Shown: positions 46,255 through 60,165 of the stretch, one piece after another
How positions within the stretch are numbered: position 1 is the first letter of the stretch
How the letters are laid out: the number at the start of each line of letters is the position of its first letter
Assembly: GCA_030704615.1 (NCBI GenBank)
Contig: CM060731.1
Span: 81,344,001 to 81,408,000 of the forward strand
DNA: 64,000 nucleotides
Reading direction: 5' to 3'
Origin: Takakia lepidozioides
Taxonomy: Eukaryota; Plantae; Bryophyta
Notes under the pieces: model-generated
The model's input: only the letters and a program-made list of their open reading frames with translations
Database searches by the model: none
Told to the model about the DNA's origin: nothing
Made by a program: the position numbers and the translations under genes

Positions 46255-47054
46255 GGGTCACTCCCAGTATTTTCAAAACCACGCGAGAACAAATATAGGG
46301 TGTAGTTTATTTTTTTGAGATAAATTTTAGAAAAGCCTTACTTAGAAATAATGGTAGGACAATATCCGTTCACCCAGTTGTTTTTTTAAAATTGTCACAA
46401 AAAATCCAGAGTTTTACATAAAAAAATTAATGTAATAAAAGATTTTATCTACAGAATAATATATCCATCCTTATGAAGTTTCTCATATTTCATCCAACTC
46501 TAATCCATCAGGATGAAATCTTCTCAAAATTTTATTCATTCATCAGACTTATTTGATGAATAAGCCTGCTCTACCAAAATCTGGGGTCCTTCGATTATGA
46601 TGTTTTTGAATTGGTTCTCTAAAGGTAGATGTCACCTGAAGTTCAAATATGATTCCAGTGATACACAGTGGATTGATATTGAGACCATAATCTCAATAGT
46701 GACTATAACATTTGAACCACCTCAGAACTTGTACTCTTTAGATCCAAATGATATTGCGGCTTTGAATGAGTTCGTGGCTAATGAAAATTAAACTTTTCCT
46801 TGGGTCCAACATTTGACTTATGTATGGAATGTTGTTTGTGTGAATAGAAATTTTGAAATTATATATATATATATTTAAATAAAATCTAATTAATTTTTGC
46901 AAAAAACAATTTATAAAAAAATAGGGTATTATGAACCAAAGGGTTTTACAATATTACCTAAAGATAGGGTGGAAAAAAATAATTTAAAAAATATAGCCTA
47001 GTATAAATATACTTTTGTACGCACGTGATATGGAAAAAATACATATAGTGACCC
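46255..47054. mobile_element. 800-bp non-autonomous TIR element
   Basis: Imperfect TIRs of about 45 bp, GGGTCACT...CCACGCGAGAACAAA and TTTGTACGCACGTGA...AGTGACCC; possible 4-bp TSD CTCC/CCCC. It interrupts the 176-bp array and contains a short ORF remnant at 46597-46791. Confidence 0.65.
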
Positions 47055-49451
47055 CCCCGTGCCTTTGGAGAGCCTCATTCAATGCCAAATTAGCTTGCAT
47101 AGTCTCAAACCTAATCTTTGACACCCACGTTTTCTTTCACACACTTGTACTCCAACCTTGTGTAGGCCTCCCCAAGGCTCCCATGGCAGGTACCCATTCT
47201 CCATTTCATGGCCTTGGTCAAAAGATATATGCCAACTTCATAGGGTCTCTTAATTCCAATGCCACATTGGCTTCAGTATGGGGTGTCTCATATCTGAAAT
47301 GCGAAGTGGTTTCCCATTTTTGACACTTACTTCCACTCAAACCTTGTGTGTGCCTATGTAAGGTCTCCATTGCTCCTACTCTTTGCTCAAAATGGTGGCC
47401 TTGGTCAAAAGATACATTCCCCCTTTTGAAGACCATTTCCAAAGGCCAAAGTAGCTTCAATAGGGTCCGCCTCAAACTTGGATATTGCTATGACATCTTG
47501 TTTCTTTTTCTATATCTATACTCAGACCTTGTGTAGGCTTCTATTAGGCTTCTATAGCATATATCCATGGTCCATTTCACGGATTTGATCAAAACATATT
47601 GGACCCCCTTTGAGGGCCTCATCGAATGCTTCAATAGGAGGTGTCACTGACCTGAAATCTGATATGAAACTCTCTTTTTCTTTATAGGTTTGTTGGCAAT
47701 CCTTTGTGTAGGCCTCTTGAAGGCTCCCGTTATATGTATCTATGTTCCAGTTCATGGCATTAGTCAGAAGATGTAGGCAAACTTGTGGGGGGCCCATGTA
47801 ATGTCAAATTAGCTTCAATAGTGGGTGTCTCAGACCTAATTTTTTTTCTTTAGGCCTCCCATTCATGCACGTATCCATGCTCCATTTGATTGAATTCGTG
47901 ATAAGACAGAGGCCCCCTTTTGATGACAACTTCGAATTGTAACGTAGCTTCATTGAGGGGTGTGTCTGTATTGAACACTGATATTACCTATTTTTTTTGC
48001 ACGTACTTGTACATCTTTGGGCCTTTGATTGTAAAAATGTGATTTGGTTTTTACTTTTTAGGTATGGCTTCATCCACCAACACATCAACGACTACTACGA
48101 AAGCGACAAACTTTGTATGGACAAACATTGACACATAGCTTCCCAACGACGCTAGGTCGTGAGACTGTGAGCGTAGGCTCACGTTTGTCCACGTACAAAT
48201 CTGCGCTCACACCACGTCATCAAATGGTAAGAGAACCTATTCACGTGGATATGGACCTAATTACCGTAAAGTAGCATGGGACAACATGGACAACACAGAA
48301 AAAACATCGAATCCTCAATTCATATTCATATCGCTGATGGTTGTAACCACACATTGTGCAACAGATCACACCGTTGTGATCTATTATAAATCACATTGTG
48401 CAACATTGTTGCAATAGAGACGATATGAGAGGGTGCGGGGAAAAAATGCATGCGTTGACGCACACATTTTTTCCAGCAACAAACCCCTCTGTTTTTTTTG
48501 GGGGGGGGGGGAGGGGGGGGGGGGTTTGGTTTGTTGGGGGAAAAATGCGTGCATTGACGTACACCTTTTTTCCATCTAAACCATTATGTTTCTTTACAGA
48601 AAATTACCTCAACAATAGTTTTTGAATCAACATCAAATCAAACATCAAATCATCAAATCATATCAAAACATCAATTCATCAATTCATCAAATCAAAAATC
48701 ACATATGTTGTTCAAGCTCAACTTTTGCCCGCATGTGCTTGAATATGTCAGCAACACATGTACAGAGATTCAACTAGACCAAAAAAAAAAAAAAAAAAAA
48801 AACAAACAAATCAAAACATTTGCCTCCCCAACGACACACTCACTCCTCAACCAATTTTGAATTAAATCGAATTTTAATGAATTCTAAATACATAATTGGA
48901 TTTAGAATGACTATGATTGCGGGTTTTTGCAAGTATAACTTGGCCATGATCAGCCACATCTTGGCTAAAAACTTGAGAACTTCGTAGTGAATATCCTCGA
49001 GTTGCATTGTCACTCCTAAATCCAAAAGGAGAGGAAGGTTGAGAGTTCTCCTTACCCAAAGACCTTGCCAGAGCCTTGAGTCTCATACTGGCTATCACTA
49101 GAATTACCAAAATTGGGCCACATTGAGCCTCTTAGCACATCATTCACCTTGGATGTGAAGCCGATAGGGTGGCCCTTCTCTTCCTCTCAACCCATCCCAA
49201 GATCTCCGCTGCTTGTCTCTTCCAGAGGTAACAAGAATTTGTAGGCTGTGGGAAAGATGGCCAGACAATGCGTGATGGTTTTTTCAAGGCCATCATTCAG
49301 CGCTCCCAACGCCAAAACATCCACTTGCTCAGAAGATGCACCCAAGGAGCGAGCCCATTTAACGACAACAACAGCCTCAACATGTAGATGTCTAGGTGCT
49401 GGGGGAGGCGACTCTTCGGACCCATGACAACAACAAATTGTGGAGATAAGC

Positions 49452-49686
49452 ATTGACAAACGCCGACAGAGCCCCTCACAGTAATGACTTCCCCTCCCTA
49501 GCTCTCCCTTTTAGCCTGTACACTCGCACACAGCCGATAATGAGAGAGACTATGAACGATCTCTGTTGATTGACAACCGCCGACAGAGCCCCTCACAGTA
49601 ATGACTTCCCTCCCTAGCTCTCCCTTTTAGCCTGTACACTCGCACACAGCCGATAATGAGAGAGACTATGAACGATCTCTGTTGAT
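49452..49686. repeat. 117-bp tandem duplication
   Basis: Two near-identical copies starting attgacaa at 49452 and 49569. Confidence 0.9.
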
Positions 49687-51027
49687 GCCTCCTCCACAGG
49701 AAACCAAGCCAGTATGCACTCAACGGACACTCGTAGGAACCTCAACAATGTACGCTCAACGATAACCTGCACACGACACAACGACAATTTGCAACAAGCA
49801 TTAAAGCAAGAGAGACGAAACGCACGCAAAGACCAAATTCGCGCGGAAGAGAGAACAAGAACGGCGGGAGTTGGCACCTTTGACCCCACTCCTCACGAAA
49901 CAACGTAACTTTGCCCTAACAGCGAATTAGGGTAATCTGCAAATCGATCCTGAGACTCCACTTCGGCCCCCATCCTATGACGCAGGTTTTATCAAAATCC
50001 ACCAAAATCTGAAAAAGATATTAATTGTCAAAGACCCCAAATGGCCCATTTTGGGCCTGGTGGTCATTTAAGGGTTAAAATCTGCCTTTGATAAAAGGCC
50101 CCTCAAAAAATATGGTAGCATCCCCTCACCCAATTGAAGTATGACTAAGAAATAACAGCGTATTTGGACAGAAACCAAGTCCATTTGGATCCTAAATAGT
50201 GGTCATGAAGTTTCTCTCAAAACAAAGAACAGTTCTTCAACCACACACAAAACTAGCCCTAAATCGTTGTGTTCTTTTGGCAAATTGCAAGGGGGACAAT
50301 GGTTGATATTGGTAAGACGCTTCTGTGCAAAATTAACGGCTGCAACTCATACATCATAGAAAGTATCGCACACCACTAAGAAGTGCAATGTTACTACAAC
50401 CATAAAAGCAAGATGTGCATGGACTCTTCCGGTTTCCTCTCTTCCTTTCTGGAGTCTCCTTTCAAATTCTTTGACCCTCCCAAGCTTACAAGAAACCATG
50501 GACACAACTTTGTGGAGAATGCGCAACATCAACTTGCACTCAACTCCCAATTCCAATGCACCTGGGCTAGGCGGGAAGTCACTTGGCCCAAACGCATTAC
50601 AAATCTCATTGTTTTTCCAATTGTCACATCTTATGGGATCCCTTTGGCACTGTGAACGTGTTTGATAAATGCCATCAAAATACAATATCTGAAACTCCTT
50701 GATCTGGACTTACAGAGTGGTGGGCTAAGTGGGTCATAATGAAACCCTAATATCACCTTTTTAGGGCTTAAATGCCCAGGGCGCGGATAGGCGGCATGAT
50801 GTGGGGGCTGGTGACCTGCTGCAGCCCGTGCTTGCAGACCCGACTGCCGGCTCCGGATTCCTACGGCCGTCGCTCTGCCCGACCCGACACGACTGCGGGC
50901 AGGGTCGTGGGCGCGACCGCCGCGCGCGGTAGTCCGCAGGTCCCACCCTCGCTGCGTCGCTCTGAAAGGAATGGGCACACGCCTGAGGCCCATGCCTCCC
51001 TCTTATTAATACTCTGCTGGGTCCACC

Positions 51028-52727
51028 ATGTCTGAACCCTCACTCAACGCCAACCAAGGCTGCTCAACTTTGTGTTTCTTCTTCCTTCCCTTTCCTTTCC
51101 TTTTCTTCCTGCTCCTCATCACTGTGTTTCAGCTGTGTGTAACATTTTTGTTGACATCTAGGTAGCGTATTGGGCATGAAGTAGGTGTTGTGCATAAGCT
51201 CTGACGTTGGCGTGTTACAATCGCCCAAATATCACCCTTGCTGTGTAGTTTTTGAGGTGGACAAGAGAGATGGATCCTGAACAAAATTGAAATTTGTGTT
51301 GCAACTTGCAGCTTGCACTTCGGTCACTGAGCAGCCAAAGTGATTGGGGTTTCAATTAAAAATTAGGCAAGGATAGTTGTTTGTCAGGATGGATTGGCTT
51401 ATCGGTCTTTGCTGTGATTTACTACTGTACATACCCCAATATGGCAATCAGTTATTATAATAGTACCTGTTGAAAGGGAATTGTATACTGTAACCACAAA
51501 GAACTTAGAGACCACAGAAACAGCCTTTTGCATTACAACTTTCTGGGCCTCAAGGTTTCATTGAATGATTTGTCCTAAAAATATGTGGCAATGCAGTAGC
51601 AAACAACACATAACTATTTTTGTGAGGACCTTTTTAATGCATTTCTTTTTTTCCCTGACTACCTCAGTCTCTACACATATTCTCCCGTACTTCCTTTCTG
51701 CCAATTATGATGCAATCCTCCAAGCAGTAAAATACTATTAGTGCATGTTCAGTTAGTGCACAATACAGTTGTTGGTCTTTGAGCTGATCCTCTCTGTAGG
51801 AGATTTGCTAGCAAGTTTGAGAGGGCAAATCACTACCTAAAGCATTCATCATCCAAAGGCTTATGTAACTCTGAAGAACCCAGTGGTCATGTTTTGACTT
51901 GTAAAACCTGAACCCTTTGTGAGGGATTGCTGTTTTATCCATAACTCCAATTGCTCCAAAATAAAGAAGAAGTTTGTGGGGCAGATCTATCTTGCACATG
52001 GTCCGAAGTCCGAACAGGATGTTGGAACACTGCGGCTTCCTGGCAAGCTTTCATCAGCTAGCTACTTGTTGGCAGGAAGTTTTGTAGGTAGACGAAAGAG
52101 ACGGCACTCTCTGGATGTCAAATGGCAGGCAAAGGCTGACATGCGTGAGGGTCTGACGTTCATAGGCCCGTGACTCATACACCTTCTGCATGTGCCCCCA
52201 ACGTCTTGCTCACTGCCGTGTGGCTGTTGAAGTTAGCTCTTGGGGGGTTGCTCCACAATGTTGACCTCTTTTACATCACTCACCGTTGTTGGCTCAATAA
52301 CGACTGTCACTTGTCGGTTGCATTGAGCTGGATGATGACAAACAAAATCAAAGAGTCAATTTCTCTACTGCACAGGTAGTCTTCTCGTGTAGCCTTTGGC
52401 AGCTGCTCATCGCAGTGTAATTGCAAGAATCTTTACGGGTATAGTCTGGCATTTTAGTCAAGGTCCAAAAGTTGACGACTCAACCTGGAAAAAGATGGGA
52501 ACTCCTTCGTCACTATGAACTGTAACCTCTCCAGATGGCACAAATGCACTAGATGTGAACTGTCACCTGTCCCAGCTGATAACCCACTGCTCGAACTGGA
52601 AAATGTGCAGTTTGAACGTTTTTCTCTTGGCCACAGCTCTGGCGTTGAATGGTCCCCTCACGTCCTACAGCATCCGCCTGGCAAAGTGGTTGGTGAGGAG
52701 TATTCCGTTCTTGCTGGAGGTGAATAG
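51028..52727 (+). pseudogene. Possible degenerate spliced gene, weakly resembling the C-terminus of D-isomer 2-hydroxyacid dehydrogenases
   Basis: Telo-box at about 50742 and a GC-rich leader; several splice-like sites; ALDVN then, after a frameshift, PVPADNPLLELENV resembles LDVxxxEPxPxDxPLxxLxNV. No intact frame was found. Confidence 0.25.
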
Positions 52728-55700
52728 AAAAATGAAGATAAAGAAAAATGAAAGAAACCGAGACGGGCAGTACTTAGGCAACTTTTTCAGTACATACGTA
52801 GGCAACCGGCGGATCTACATAAGTTACACTGTCCTGTTATGGTAGGGGGCAATCTTCTGCGTGTTCACAATTCGGCACTAGATATACGGTCAGAGCTGAG
52901 CAACCCCACCACAGATAAGGCGTCATTAAATAGCCGGCATCCTCATTTAATGCTCAAGTCCGCTCAGTTTGAACAGACCAGTAGAGTTTTATGATGTGCA
53001 ATATGTTCTGGTCGAGTAATTGACTACACGAAACTACGAGCGGAATTTATGGCCTATTATTAGCTAGCCTTCTGGCGGCCGCTCTGCGAAGAAAAATGAG
53101 ATGTGACAATGAAGACAATGGTCTGGTACAATTCTGAGCAGCGGCCATCTTTGTATCATGCCACTCTGCAGTAATAAAGGCTGCAGAAACTTGGCAGCGA
53201 TGTGACAACGTCGATGAAACAATGGCAGGAACTGGGAAGCTGCCCGCCGACCCAAAGCACTGGTCTGGCCATATGAGGTCTCTCAGTTACATACTAGGTA
53301 CTCACCTCTTACTTAATGGTTGACCTTCCCTCAGACGTCCTCGATGTATTTTCATTGTTGGGTGACACTTCCCTAAAATTTCAGCCATGAGGGACTTGGA
53401 ACTCCCCGTTCTCCAACTTTTACTACGGAAAACTCTTAGTTGTGATAGTTATTAGGTGTGCCCAGGAGATTAGACATTAGACCCGGGACGGCAGCAAATG
53501 TTTTGAGAACGTCACACCCAAAACTTTTGGGTCTAGACTCCAGACTCTCATCACACTCAAGCCGAGGCAAATTTGTCAAATCATGCGTCACTCATTCGGC
53601 AACAACAAATGAATGCCCATACATGCATTCAATGCATGGCTGGAACAAGTAAAGCTGAGATCGCCCATACAGAGTCTTCAGGAGCCCAAACCTGACACAC
53701 TGGGCCCCCCTCCTTCAAAAGCTTCCACTTTCGATTTCAAAGACCCCATACTCTCACTCTCTCTCTCTCTCTCACCAGAGCTCTCAAACCCTCTGTGCAT
53801 CACCTCGCCTCGCTCTTCCCACAACGTGTGTTTGACGCAGGCCCTTGCAGAGCTCTCGACAATATTATACGAGTAGCGTGTGCACTGGCAGCCTGCATGC
53901 AAAACGAGGGTCTGCTCTGCTCTGCCCAACTCACGTTGACTTCATCACTCGTCATCCATATGCGGTTATCCTTCATTCATCCATGTGCGGTACTAAGTAC
54001 CAGGTACAGTACGATCCTACATATGTACCTACAGTCACATGCCAGGGTAGGTACCTACCCGGGCAGGTACCTTTCGTAGCCCTACCAACGCTCCCATACG
54101 TTCCCGTGCCCCGCTGGGCACGTTCCCACGATACCCCGCCTGCAATCTAGGTAGGGCCGCCGGCGGCAATGATGGCCAAGCATCTTCCGTCCGTTCACGG
54201 ACGGGGACGGACGGGAGGCCATCATTCGGACCGATGCTTTATAACGTCCCGAGAGGGTTATCGGCGGTGGCAGGGAATGAGGAGTGCAGTGCGCACTGCG
54301 AGGGATGGTCGAGGTCGAGACTGGCACGACGATTGATTGATGCACATCATTCCGTTGCGGAGATGATGATGCATTTGGCAAGAATGGCATCATTCCAGTC
54401 AATGTGACTCCACTTTTCGAGTCTTGTTCAACTGTCCGGTGGAATAAATCATTTATGTTTCTAGAACGGAATGATTCAGCTGTGAGTCTTAACGTCGTTC
54501 ATTCCATTGGAATGATTCAAGGGAGACTGAATCTGAATGCTGCTACAGTCTAGTGTGCATGAATGTCCTCCACACAGCCTAATTTTCCTGTTTGTCGGTA
54601 TGACAAGGGGATAAGCATCTGAGTCATTATGCGCAGTCTCGTTTGTACCGCAAGTCACTTCATCACTCTCCTTCCCCTACAGCCGGCCGTTCTAACTTCT
54701 CAACGAAGCTACAGTCGTCAAACATTGATAGCCTAGTTTAGGAAATTCGAGATCATAGCGGGGGCGTAAAGATGAAGTTCAAGTATGGTCTGGCAGGCGA
54801 TAAGTTTTCACGTGTTAGCAAAGATCTAAACTGATCGCCAGTTACGCAAACCAGCGGGACCCACGGCTTAAGTCATGGAGTGCGGTCAAGTCCATACATG
54901 TGTTAATTAGCAGTCAACCCACTGCATGGAGCCATTATCTGGGAGGTAAACTTGAGTAGGCCCTGCAGTGCACACACAGGCATCGAGCTGACATTACCTA
55001 TGTGTAGGCAGACTCAACAAGGAATGCCCACAGAAGGCAAACTCAAGTAGGGCACCCGGCACACAAGAAGCCATTATGTGGGAGGCAAACTCAAGTAGCG
55101 ATGCCTACAGGAAGCCCGTTATATGGGGGCTGCTGAACGGACATGCGTACCAGCGCGCGTTACTACTCTGCTCCAGGCCCGCTAATCACTCCTAATCTCT
55201 CATTACTCACTTAGCTGCTATTGGGCAACTAACTGGACATGTGGGTGATACGCGAGGTTCTGTCGTTAGTCATGAGTCATCTAGAAAAGGGTCAGGACAG
55301 AAAATGTGCGGCAGGACCGTGCAGATTTTCTTGTCCAAATATGCGCTTGAAGGACCCGCCAAGATATGAGGTCGATGGTCATGGTTGGCTGGCTATTTGC
55401 GTACACCTATCCTGAGAAGGGCCCGTTTATGAGCTACCTAGTAAATCGTCGTGAGAAGTTGGTCGCAAACATCCAAGGATTCACAATCTGTGATATCACA
55501 CACATTGGAAGTTGCTAGATTGTGAGCTGCAACGTGATCCTCAAGGGCGAGAGATTCCTTAGCGGATAACGCTGAATTTCATGTGGACTCGAGACCAACT
55601 GACACATTGGCCGACCAGTTTTGGGCAGGCAAAGCCCCCTTTCCGGATCAAAACATGCGTGTAACACAACGTCCACGAAGCTTTGGAGATAAGCGATACA

Positions 55701-58700
55701 CGCACCTATTTGTGACGAAGAGTTCTGGACGTAGAACCCACATCTAAAAACTTCAGAAGAACTAATCCCGCAAGATCTTTCCGTTTCATTTGGGTAAGTA
55801 TGTCAGTTAAAATACTAAAAAAATAGAAGTTGTGTGCCTTCAAACTGAATAGTTCAAAACTTCAATCCGGCGTTGAAAGGTACCCAAGTAGGTCCCTGTT
55901 TTTAAGTTCAGAGAAATGCATGATAGTTCGCATCGTTCACAGTGCCACCCCCACAAGCAGTTCACAATGATGGACTTTTATTCTCTGTTTGGATCAGCTG
56001 CAGTTGGTAAAGTGTGGATCAATGCAGATGGGTGCGGCGCAACGGAACTGCAAAGGATCCACACATGGGCCCAGTCTGGAGCAAATAACGAGGCTTCCCA
56101 GATGCCTAATTATATGGTAGGGCGGGCCTTTGGAATCTGCGGCCGAGCGCGTGTTGGAGTATGTGGCCCACTCTCGAGAGTTCGATTATTCTTCCACTCT
56201 TGAATAACTAGGCCGCAGATTAAATGGAGCCCTACTTTTAGAGCTACAGTCGCTAAGATTAACGGGTGAGAAGAAGAACGATGTGGACAGTGAAACCCAC
56301 GCAATGTAAAGTATCTAGTGCCACCTGTGCCCCCCAATCACCATGCCTATTTCAGGTTCTAATCATCACCTACAGTAGGATTTGGGATCGATTATCACAG
56401 TTATCAGTACATAACCTTCTCCAAGTTCCTCAAACATACTAGGCCAATGATTAATCTGTAATCCGAACCGAGAACTACCACAAACAGAAAACCTTGATTT
56501 ATGGGAAGGGTTTCGCAATCCAGGGCACCATCCATGGCGCAGAGCCCAAATCGTTCCGCAATCCCAGAACAGACATCATAACTCATGACTTGTTCCATCC
56601 ACAACCGTAGAATTTCATTCTTGCGATCATGTTTCCTTCCTTCACGGGCGGAATCAAGCTGTAGGGACTAGCCTAGGGACCTACCTAATTTCCATTTCCC
56701 CAGCCACAACGTGATTCAAAACCTGCAGGTTTCCATCATCTCAGCCTCGCACAAACCCACATAGTCAATAACACGCTCCGGTTATATATAGTCCATAATT
56801 AAACAAGCTCTGTTGGCCAACTTAGCAGTTGAAGCAGCAGGCAACATGTAAGTTACTGATGAAGAGGCGCAGCAGAGGTGCAGCAGTTATAGGTGAGCAC
56901 GTCAAGCGTCAAGATCCCTGGTCTCGAGATCTATCATGCGTTGCAGCGCCATTCATCGCCTGGGCAGCGCAGGGCAGCAGGTACAACGAACAGGGTGTAA
57001 AGCCGAAGGTGGTGGCCGTAACTGCCTGCCGCTCTGGGGAATCTAAGGCCTTGAAAGTAACGAGAAATTAAGCGCAGTCACTTCAGTCCACAGTAAAGAG
57101 CCGCCGTCCCTCCCTCCGCTCAGTGTACCGCACTCCAGTCCCACCGCAGTCAACCTCCCTCTCCAACGGGTGTCCTGTCCCGTCCCGTTCCGTCCCGGGA
57201 CTCTGTTGCGGGACTGTTCCTGCACGACCTTCTGGACAGTCAACCCTGGTTAAATGTCAGGGACAGGATTATCGCTCCCCCACACTCACAGGGAGTGCAC
57301 AGGGATTAAATAAAAAACAAAGTGTGAGAGAGGTCACACTGTTTATCCAGAGTTGACTGTAGCCTACTTACTTACGTACACTTTTGTGGGCTGTGGGACT
57401 CTCTCCTTCACTTCGTTCCCATGCAACAAACATTCCCGCCCCATGTTCCTCAGGCGTGGGGTGGGCCTTTCCCTCCCTCATTCCAATGCGGTGGGTGATT
57501 AACGAGGTGAATTTATATCATTCCATCACTGTAGGGTGTGTCCGAGAAGTGGGGGACGTTGTATGGAGATGTGCACCAGAGTGGGACAGACGCATTGTCC
57601 CACAGTGGCCGCATTTTCTTATCCACACAAAGCTCGTTCTCCTCTGGTCCACCACTGCCGCTACAGGTAGTAGGTACCGACACTAAGAATGGAGCTCGTT
57701 AGGACAACTCAAAGCTTCAAAAAGAAAACTAAGGATCAAAGCAAATAGGTACCAATGACCCTTGGCCTCCAGTGGCCGTCCGATGGTCCACAGAAGTGCC
57801 TTTGGGCTTTAACTCACGTGAGCCTGCAGAGAGGAGAAGATGCGAGAGAGTACGAGGGCCCCAGAGAGAGAGAATCCATATTATGTATATCTTAGGTAGC
57901 AATGGCCAGCCATTAAAGGACCTCAGACAAGGGAGTGCCACTTTTCTATATACCGAGCGGGTTACAGAGTCCAAAAGAAACTACTTTATAAAGATACACT
58001 GACTCCAGATCTGCCATGTGGTAGAGAACGACACAAATACTTTATTTAACACCCACACCAACTTGCAGTGCCTCGCTGCAGTCGGTTCAAACCCTCAATG
58101 GAGCGAGGGGGGGATGCCCAGCCCATGATGGAAGAATCAAGCTTAAAATACACATCCCCCACTCAAAGGGAGAGACTCTGCGATGTGTGCACAACCCGGC
58201 AGATTTAAAGCGCTCGCAAATACTCTAAAAACTGCTCCGAGCTCTGATGAGCGAGGAGGTGTCACTCTGGCATGGGTGAAGCGAAGCGAGAAGCCTTGCA
58301 GACGACGTAAGTAGTCCGAGAGAGACTAAAGACTGGAGAGAGACGAGAGCGAGAGACGATGCAGCCATGGCCCGCCCTCTGCGCGCCGCCGCCTGCCAGA
58401 CCCCGACCGTAGGACGGTGCCGTCCCTTGTAGGGCCCTTCCTCGTCGATGATACTTCCATCTTGCAACGAACGACATCCGTTCCAAAACTGGAGCTGACG
58501 AGGACAAGAAACTTTGAATGAACGAGGACAACTATATCTGGATAAGCTATAACTTATATCGTTCCTCGGTTACGGTAACTCACTTCAGTTATGGGCCCCA
58601 GTTTAGGGCCCCCATGCATTATTATTATTATTAGTACTACATTCCCTTTCGACATTATTTCCACGATAGATTGATTCCGCCGCCTGCACTGGCAGCCATT

Positions 58701-59139
58701 TAAAAAAACGAATAACGCGGGATGGCTTCCGTCGCAGAATTCGAACTCTAGACGTCGTGAGCAAGTTCTCGTGTTTAGTAACCGGGTTTAGTGCTTTAGG
58801 GTTTTGACTCACTAACAGAGTAGCTAAACTAGGGCGAACTAAGGGCGAGGAGGGGCGAGGATCACGGGTGGTATGGGAACGTGGGCTGGGTGCGTTCCCG
58901 TGTCTAGAGAGCAGAGTTGTCGGCCGATACCCGGACACGGCCTGTGATTGTGTGCTGAGTGGGCGACCGACCACCACGCTTGCGACCAGCAGACAGCCTT
59001 AACTGTCCCGCTCAGTACCTCTCTCCTTGCCTTCATCAATTGCCTCGCAGCCCCCCGATAACTCAGAGCAGACGAGAGCGACGATCGAGCGAGCATCACT
59101 CTACACTCTGCTCTCGTGCAGAGGTGAAGAGATTGAGGG

Positions 59140-59154
59140 AGAGAGAGAGGGATA

Positions 59155-59191
<37 letters not shown>

Positions 59192-59500
59192 GTTTTGAAG
59201 GAGAGGGCTTTGGAACACATGGTATTAGTGCTGAGTCAGGGAGTGTACTGAGTACTGTCAGTTGAGTGTGTACTGTGCCAGAGAGATCAGCGTCAGAGGG
59301 GAGACGGTGTCAGTTAGGGTGAGAGAGAGTCACTGCGGAACCTGCATTCCGTGGAAGGGTGTCCAGTGCGACAGAGAGAGAGAGAAGGATTAGACACAAG
59401 AATTCATTTGGCCGTAGTCCAATCCCACTTCTTGGTAGGGGAATAGAGTGAGAGAGAGAGACAGAGAGACAGAGAGAGGTCTATAAAGAGAGAGGAGGAC
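59140..59500 (+). promoter_or_regulatory. (GA)n tracts upstream of, or in the leader of, the EPFL gene (possible BBR/BPC GAGA sites)
   Basis: Long GA runs at about 59140-59188, 59373-59384 and 59450-59478. Confidence 0.45.
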
Positions 59501-60165
59501 TTGGACGCTTGAAAGATCCAGCTGAGGTAGTACCATTTGAAGCGGCAATCAGACCGGTGCCCAACTCTGGCCCCGCGGAAGTTTTGAACTGGATCTCTGT
59601 TGTGTTCGGATATCCGTTTCGCGGTCGACACACCCAGTTTTGCAAAAGCTTTGCTGTCGACTGAACATTCATCTCGATTTTGATCACTTGGTAGAGTTGG
59701 ACTGCTCAAATTTAGAGAGGCTTTCCGGGGGACAGTGAGGGACTGCTCGACTTGGGCCATCTGATCCGCAGACCTGAGAATACGTACTATACAGTTGTTC
59801 GTGAACATACGTAGTGTAAAGTGGACACCGAGAACAGATGCCGCAGAGCTCCAGGTGTACAGATTTCCTCCTGCAATGCCATATTACGCGGCGGGGATAC
59901 CTTACGTCCTTTTCGGTTTTGTGGGTCTGACATAGAACAAGGACCATACGCTACACATACGTCGCATTTCTAGGAATCTACCTTAGTATCTCTTCATCAT
60001 TCAAAAGGAAAAGAATTGGAACCACCAGCATTACCCAGGGGAGAAAAGTGTCCATCAATTCGAACCGAGCTGAAGTCACTGCCAGGGCTTTGAACATAAT
60101 CTGCCCGGTTGGAATTCGTTCAGTTTCATTGAGAGCGCTCGGTTGCTCTGTACTTTTTGTGAGAA

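Larger units (their letters stand above)
38720..47950. repeat. Tandem array with a unit of about 176 bp, interrupted by the Galadriel-like element and an 800-bp TIR element
   Basis: atgctccatttcatggacttgg recurs at 38720, 38897, 39072 and 46213, and degenerately at about 47200, 47565, 47745 and 47877. Confidence 0.8.

Noticed and set aside
54268-54360. miR408-like sequence in a weak hairpin
   Set aside because: It needs two indels and a mismatch to match, and the stem is too imperfect for a miRNA precursor.
53000-59000. Numerous 60-125 aa ORFs
   Set aside because: No recognisable motifs or consistent exon chain; treated as intergenic.
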